This document shows positions 23,412 to 27,071 of a stretch of 27,071 nucleotides of DNA, one piece after another (the stretch's first letter is position 1; every line of letters starts with the position of its first letter). The notes under the pieces were generated by a model. The model saw only the letters and a program-made list of their open reading frames with translations, was not told the origin of the DNA and did no database searches. The position numbers were made by a program, and so were the translations under genes. The stretch lies in the IMG/VR virus record IMGVR_UViG_3300031228_000025, positions 1 through 27,071 of that record; one strand, written 5' to 3'. The stretch is from a virus. Taxonomy: Duplodnaviria; Caudoviricetes.

Positions 23412-24095
23412 TCAGCCTCCCTGCCGGGCTCCGAGCTTGAGAGCGATGGCCTCGCGGACTCCCGCCGGCCCCTTCTTCTCGAGCTCCGCGATCTGCTCCT
23501 CGATCGACGGGCCGCCGTCGCTGCCGCTGAACTCGCCGCCGTTCTTGCCCGGGGTCGGCTTGACCTCTCCCGCGACCAGCTTCGGCTTGTTCTTGACCAG
23601 CGCCTTGAGCGCCTCCTTGACGCCCTCGACCTCGCCCTCGTCCGTGACCTCCGCCTCCCGGCTGATGGCCTCGATGACCAGGTCCTCGAACTCGGTGTCG
23701 ATGTTGGCCTCCCGCGCCGCCTCGATGGCTGCCGCCCGGATGAGCCGAGTGTTGGCGGCGGCCTCGCGCTTCGCGATCGCCTCCTCACGCGCCTTGGTGG
23801 CTGCCTCGGCCTTCTCGGCCTCGGTCGCCTGGCTGGCGACGTGCTCGTCCCACTGGCGGGCCTTGTCGGCCGCGCTGGCGTTCTCCCGGCGCTCCTTGGC
23901 CAGGCGCCGCTCCACGATGGAGTCGAGCTCGTCCTGGGTCATTGTCAGCGCCTTCGTCCCGGAGTCAGCGTTCGCGGTCCCGGTGCCCGCGTTCCCGGCG
24001 TTGTCGGTGCCGGTCCCCGTATCCCCGTTCTGGCCCGCGGCTCCGGCGTCTCCGCCCTCGCCCTGGCCCGCGTTCGGGTTCGCGTCCTTGCTCAT
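23412..24095 (-). CDS. Capsid scaffolding protein
   Basis: G/N/T-rich N-terminus, TQDELDSIVERRLAKER, coiled coil. AAGGAG RBS. Confidence 0.85.
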   Translation of the reverse strand: MSKDANPNAGQGEGGDAGAAGQNGDTGTGTDNAGNAGTGTANADSGTKALTMTQDELDSIVERRLAKERRENASAADKARQWDEHVASQATEAEKAEAATKAREEAIAKREAAANTRLIRAAAIEAAREANIDTEFEDLVIEAISREAEVTDEGEVEGVKEALKALVKNKPKLVAGEVKPTPGKNGGEFSGSDGGPSIEEQIAELEKKGPAGVREAIALKLGARQGG

Positions 24096-24122
24096 GTGAG
24101 CTCCTTGTATGTCGATGACTAT

Positions 24123-24149
24123 GGCGCGCCCATTGGTCCAGGGCGCGCC
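24123..24149 (-). terminator. 9-bp hairpin after the portal gene, abutting a -10-like CATAGT
   Basis: GGCGCGCCC-N9-GGGCGCGCC. Confidence 0.5.
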
Positions 24150-24160
24150 GGGGGTTTAGT

Positions 24161-25759
24161 CTAGGAGCCCTCTCCCTCGTCCTGGGCGATCGCCCGCTCG
24201 CTGCGGACGCTCGTCTCCCCGGTCTGGGAGTCGGTCTCCGTGGTCATGCCGCCCGGCGCCGGTGGCTCCGGCTTGGCGGCCTGCTGCTCTTCATGGATGC
24301 GCTTGACCTCTGCGTCCACCTCCTCGCGGCTCCAGTGGGGATGGATGATCCGGACCTTGACCTCGGTGCTGGCGGCCTGGGCCGCGCTCAGCTGGGCCAC
24401 CGTCGAGGCCAGCTCCACCGGGTCCTCGGGCACTCCGGCGCCGAGCCCCACCTCCACGGTGAGGTCCCCCAGGCCGGGCCCTCTGAAGACCTCGGCGTCC
24501 ACGGCCATCAAGTTGGCCATGAGGCGCTGGATGCTCGGCCCCCACCACTGGCTCTTGCGCTTCAGGGTGAGGATGGTCTTGTTCTCGCGGATGCGGAGGG
24601 CGCTGCCGCTCTCGGCGCGGCCCTCGATCCGGATGCCGAACGTCTGCGGGGAGTAGCCGCTGTTGGAGACGATGCGCTCGACCAGCTCGATCGCCGTCTC
24701 GCGGTGCTCGAGGTACCGAATCTCGAACTGCTGGGCGAGCATGGAGCGCGCGCCGGCCTCGGCCGCGCCGGGCTCCATGTCCATCGGCTGGTAGACCTCG
24801 TGGTCGATGTCGACGTGCCCGCCCTCGTCGATGAAGTCGCGGGGCACGATGATCCGGGCCTTGCCCAGGCGAATGTCGCGCATCCACGAGGCGTACACCT
24901 CATCCAGGGCGTCGAACAAGCCCTCGGACCCGGAGAAGTCGGACAGCCCGAGGCCGCTCTGCCGCCACAGCCGGTTGGGCCGCATGTTGGGGATGTACTC
25001 GACGTCCAGGTTCGGGAAGGGCAGCTCGACCAGGGGCTCGAACCCGGTCAGGGCCAGGAGCACGTCCTCGGCGAGCCGCGTGCCGATCGCGGTCTTGGTG
25101 CCCTTGTACAGGGCGTGCTGCACGGTGGCCTTGCCGCCGCTCCCGACGGGCGCCGGGCGGTGGAGCTCGAGGTGCCGATAGATGCCCTGGTCGGTCTCCT
25201 CGACGACGCGCCACAGGAGCACCGACCGGAGCATGCCGTGCTTGAACTCAGGGATGGCCTGGTCGGCCTGGGCGATCGCCGGGATGGGGTGGTCGGCCAG
25301 CTCCTTGTCCCAGGCCGGGAACAGGTAGGCTCCGCCCATGGCCGCGGCGCTCTCGGCGCCCTCCACGAGGCGGTTGTAGAGGCCTGAGCGCTCCATGATG
25401 GTCCTCATGCGCTCCTCGGCGTCCTTGGCCTTCCTGGGCACCCTGCCGGACGCGTGGGCCTCCTTGACGCGGATACTGGGGGCCTCGCCGAAGAGCAGGG
25501 CGCCGGACACGGCCGCGAGGTCGCCCGCGACCGGCACGTGGAGCTGGGCCTTCTGGGCCTCGGGCTCCTTGCCGATCCTGCTCCAGAACTTGAACCAGCG
25601 GCTCCGGCCGCCGGAGCTCGCGCCGCCGTAGACCTCGAGCAGCCGGTCGGGGTCGCCCGAGTACCAGGCGCTCCACTCGGACATCTTCGCGTATTCGGTC
25701 GCCTGGGCCTTCGGCGGCCATGGTGCCGATGCGTCTGTGGGGAGGTTCATCCTCGACAT
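24161..25759 (-). CDS. Portal protein (SPP1 gp6/A118-like)
   Basis: WSAWYSGDP, LHVPVAGDLA, YIPN, GLSDF, DALDEVYASWMRDIRLGKARIIVP, GYSPQTFG. Directly after the terminase. Confidence 0.92.
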   Translation of the reverse strand: MSRMNLPTDASAPWPPKAQATEYAKMSEWSAWYSGDPDRLLEVYGGASSGGRSRWFKFWSRIGKEPEAQKAQLHVPVAGDLAAVSGALLFGEAPSIRVKEAHASGRVPRKAKDAEERMRTIMERSGLYNRLVEGAESAAAMGGAYLFPAWDKELADHPIPAIAQADQAIPEFKHGMLRSVLLWRVVEETDQGIYRHLELHRPAPVGSGGKATVQHALYKGTKTAIGTRLAEDVLLALTGFEPLVELPFPNLDVEYIPNMRPNRLWRQSGLGLSDFSGSEGLFDALDEVYASWMRDIRLGKARIIVPRDFIDEGGHVDIDHEVYQPMDMEPGAAEAGARSMLAQQFEIRYLEHRETAIELVERIVSNSGYSPQTFGIRIEGRAESGSALRIRENKTILTLKRKSQWWGPSIQRLMANLMAVDAEVFRGPGLGDLTVEVGLGAGVPEDPVELASTVAQLSAAQAASTEVKVRIIHPHWSREEVDAEVKRIHEEQQAAKPEPPAPGGMTTETDSQTGETSVRSERAIAQDEGEGS

Positions 25760-25778
25760 CCTGTCACGGCTCTACCCG

Positions 25779-27014
25779 TCATGCGGCCTGGCCCACGGTC
25801 TTGAGCAGGCCCTTCCACTTGTTACGGGAGCCGCGGACCGCGTAGCGCAGCGTGTCCGGGAAGTGGTCCATCTGCCGGAGAGGCACGTCGTCGCCCCGCT
25901 CGGAGGCGACCGGGTCCCAGGCGTAGGAGGCCAGCTCCTCCCACCCCTTCTCGGTGCTCGGCCGGTGCAGCACGAGCTTCTGGACGCCGATCAGGGCCTG
26001 GGTCTCCATGATGCCGTCCAGGGTCGTGTCCGCCTCGGCCGGGTGGATGCCGCGCTCGCCGTCCCTCCACATCTGGAGCAGGAGCGCGTTCGCCTGCGGG
26101 TCGACGTAGGCCTTCTCGGCCGGCTTGGGCAGCCCGGCCCGCCAACTGTGGAACTCGTCGGAGTAGTCCTTCATCGTCTTCTGCCGACCCGTCTCCCGGC
26201 TGTCGTGCCGGTACTCGTTGTGGGCCACCAGGCTGCCGTCGGGCGTCCCCGACAGCGCGAGGAACACGGTGGGGGTGCTGTTGCCGTGCCGGACGCCGGC
26301 GATCGTCCAGGCGAGCTGGGGCAGCTCGTCGACCAGGTGCACGCCCTCGTCCAGCGAGTCGTAGATGGCGCCCTCGGCCACGGCCCAGGCGCCCTCGATG
26401 TAGCGCTTGTACCAGAGCCCCGTGTACTCCTCCTTCAGATTGGCCACGTACACCGGGTCGAGGTGCACGTTGTCGTCCAGCCGGAACGACCAGCGGGCCA
26501 GGTCCAGGTCGGCCGCCCGGTCCAGGTACTTGCGCTTCAGCCAGTGGACCGGGCTGTCGGGGTTCGTCGTGCCGAAGAAGGCCGCGCCCGGGACGGAGAG
26601 CCGGGAGAGCGCCATGGAGAAGAAGGACTCCGGCCAGAGCGTGACCTCGTCGCCGTACATGCCGGCGAGGGTGATGCCCCTGATCTTCCCCTCGGAGCGG
26701 GCGTCCGCCGCGCCGACGATCATGTGCCGGCGGCCGAAGAGGTAGAGCTCGTGATTGCCGGGCGAGTAGCGGACCATCCGCTCGCCGAAGATGTCGATCA
26801 GCGGGTCCACGATGTTCTGCCGGGCCGTACGCTCGGTCTTGGACACCATCATGAGGCCGCCGGGCGGCGCCTCGAAGCGGGCCCAGCGCGCCCAGCGGAC
26901 CAGGCTGTTGATGGTCTTCCCCGAGCGCACGGACCCGTCCCAGATGTTGAGGCGGCGCACCGGGGCGCGGAGGGCCCGGTCGCCGATGCCGTAGAACGGC
27001 CGCAGGTTCAGCAC
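25779..27014 (-). CDS. terL: Terminase large subunit (PBSX-like)
   Basis: Walker A GSVRSGKT, Walker B YGDE, motif TTNPDSP.HW, YVDP and DHFPDTLRY. Confidence 0.93.
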   Translation of the reverse strand: MLNLRPFYGIGDRALRAPVRRLNIWDGSVRSGKTINSLVRWARWARFEAPPGGLMMVSKTERTARQNIVDPLIDIFGERMVRYSPGNHELYLFGRRHMIVGAADARSEGKIRGITLAGMYGDEVTLWPESFFSMALSRLSVPGAAFFGTTNPDSPVHWLKRKYLDRAADLDLARWSFRLDDNVHLDPVYVANLKEEYTGLWYKRYIEGAWAVAEGAIYDSLDEGVHLVDELPQLAWTIAGVRHGNSTPTVFLALSGTPDGSLVAHNEYRHDSRETGRQKTMKDYSDEFHSWRAGLPKPAEKAYVDPQANALLLQMWRDGERGIHPAEADTTLDGIMETQALIGVQKLVLHRPSTEKGWEELASYAWDPVASERGDDVPLRQMDHFPDTLRYAVRGSRNKWKGLLKTVGQAA

Positions 27015-27020
27015 GCCGCG

Positions 27021-27026
27021 ATCATA
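27021..27026 (-). promoter_or_regulatory. -10 hexamer TATGAT 6 nt before the terL GTG (leaderless promoter)
   Basis: GGCCTATGAT-CGCGGC-GTG with no SD sequence. The same geometry recurs at several late genes. Confidence 0.6.
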
Positions 27027-27071
27027 GGCCGGGATGCGGGAAGGCCGCCGGCATCTCTGCCGACGGCCTCC

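Noticed and set aside
1-27071. tRNA, rRNA, integrase/att site, IS elements
   Set aside because: None were recognised. Intergenic gaps are short and are explained by promoters or hairpins.

Overview
High-GC fragment of a tailed siphovirus-type phage genome with two converging arms that meet at about 8730-8835. The + arm (1-8731) covers nucleotide metabolism, recombination and replication: a DUF4406/dNTP-diphosphohydrolase fusion, a thymidylate-synthase-fold enzyme with a dCMP-type Asp, a Cas4-like nuclease, a Sak4-like ATPase, an SSB-like protein, a UDG-like-PolA fusion, an XRE HTH, a degenerate HNH and Vsr. The - arm (27014-8836) covers packaging, head, tail and lysis. The most notable element is a three-gene cassette (TagD-like cytidylyltransferase, GT2 glycosyltransferase, Stealth-family phosphotransferase) inside the head-tail module. 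It sits directly behind the major capsid and a relocated tail tube gene, and both of those proteins end in -SASS encoded by different codons. This points to a candidate virion (phospho)glycosylation system. Other signals are a probable cytosine-modification pathway, a terminase with Arg at the first nuclease Asp position, repeated leaderless -10 promoters, nested internal starts and a -1 tail-chaperone frameshift. All family calls come from motif recognition by eye; no database searches were run.
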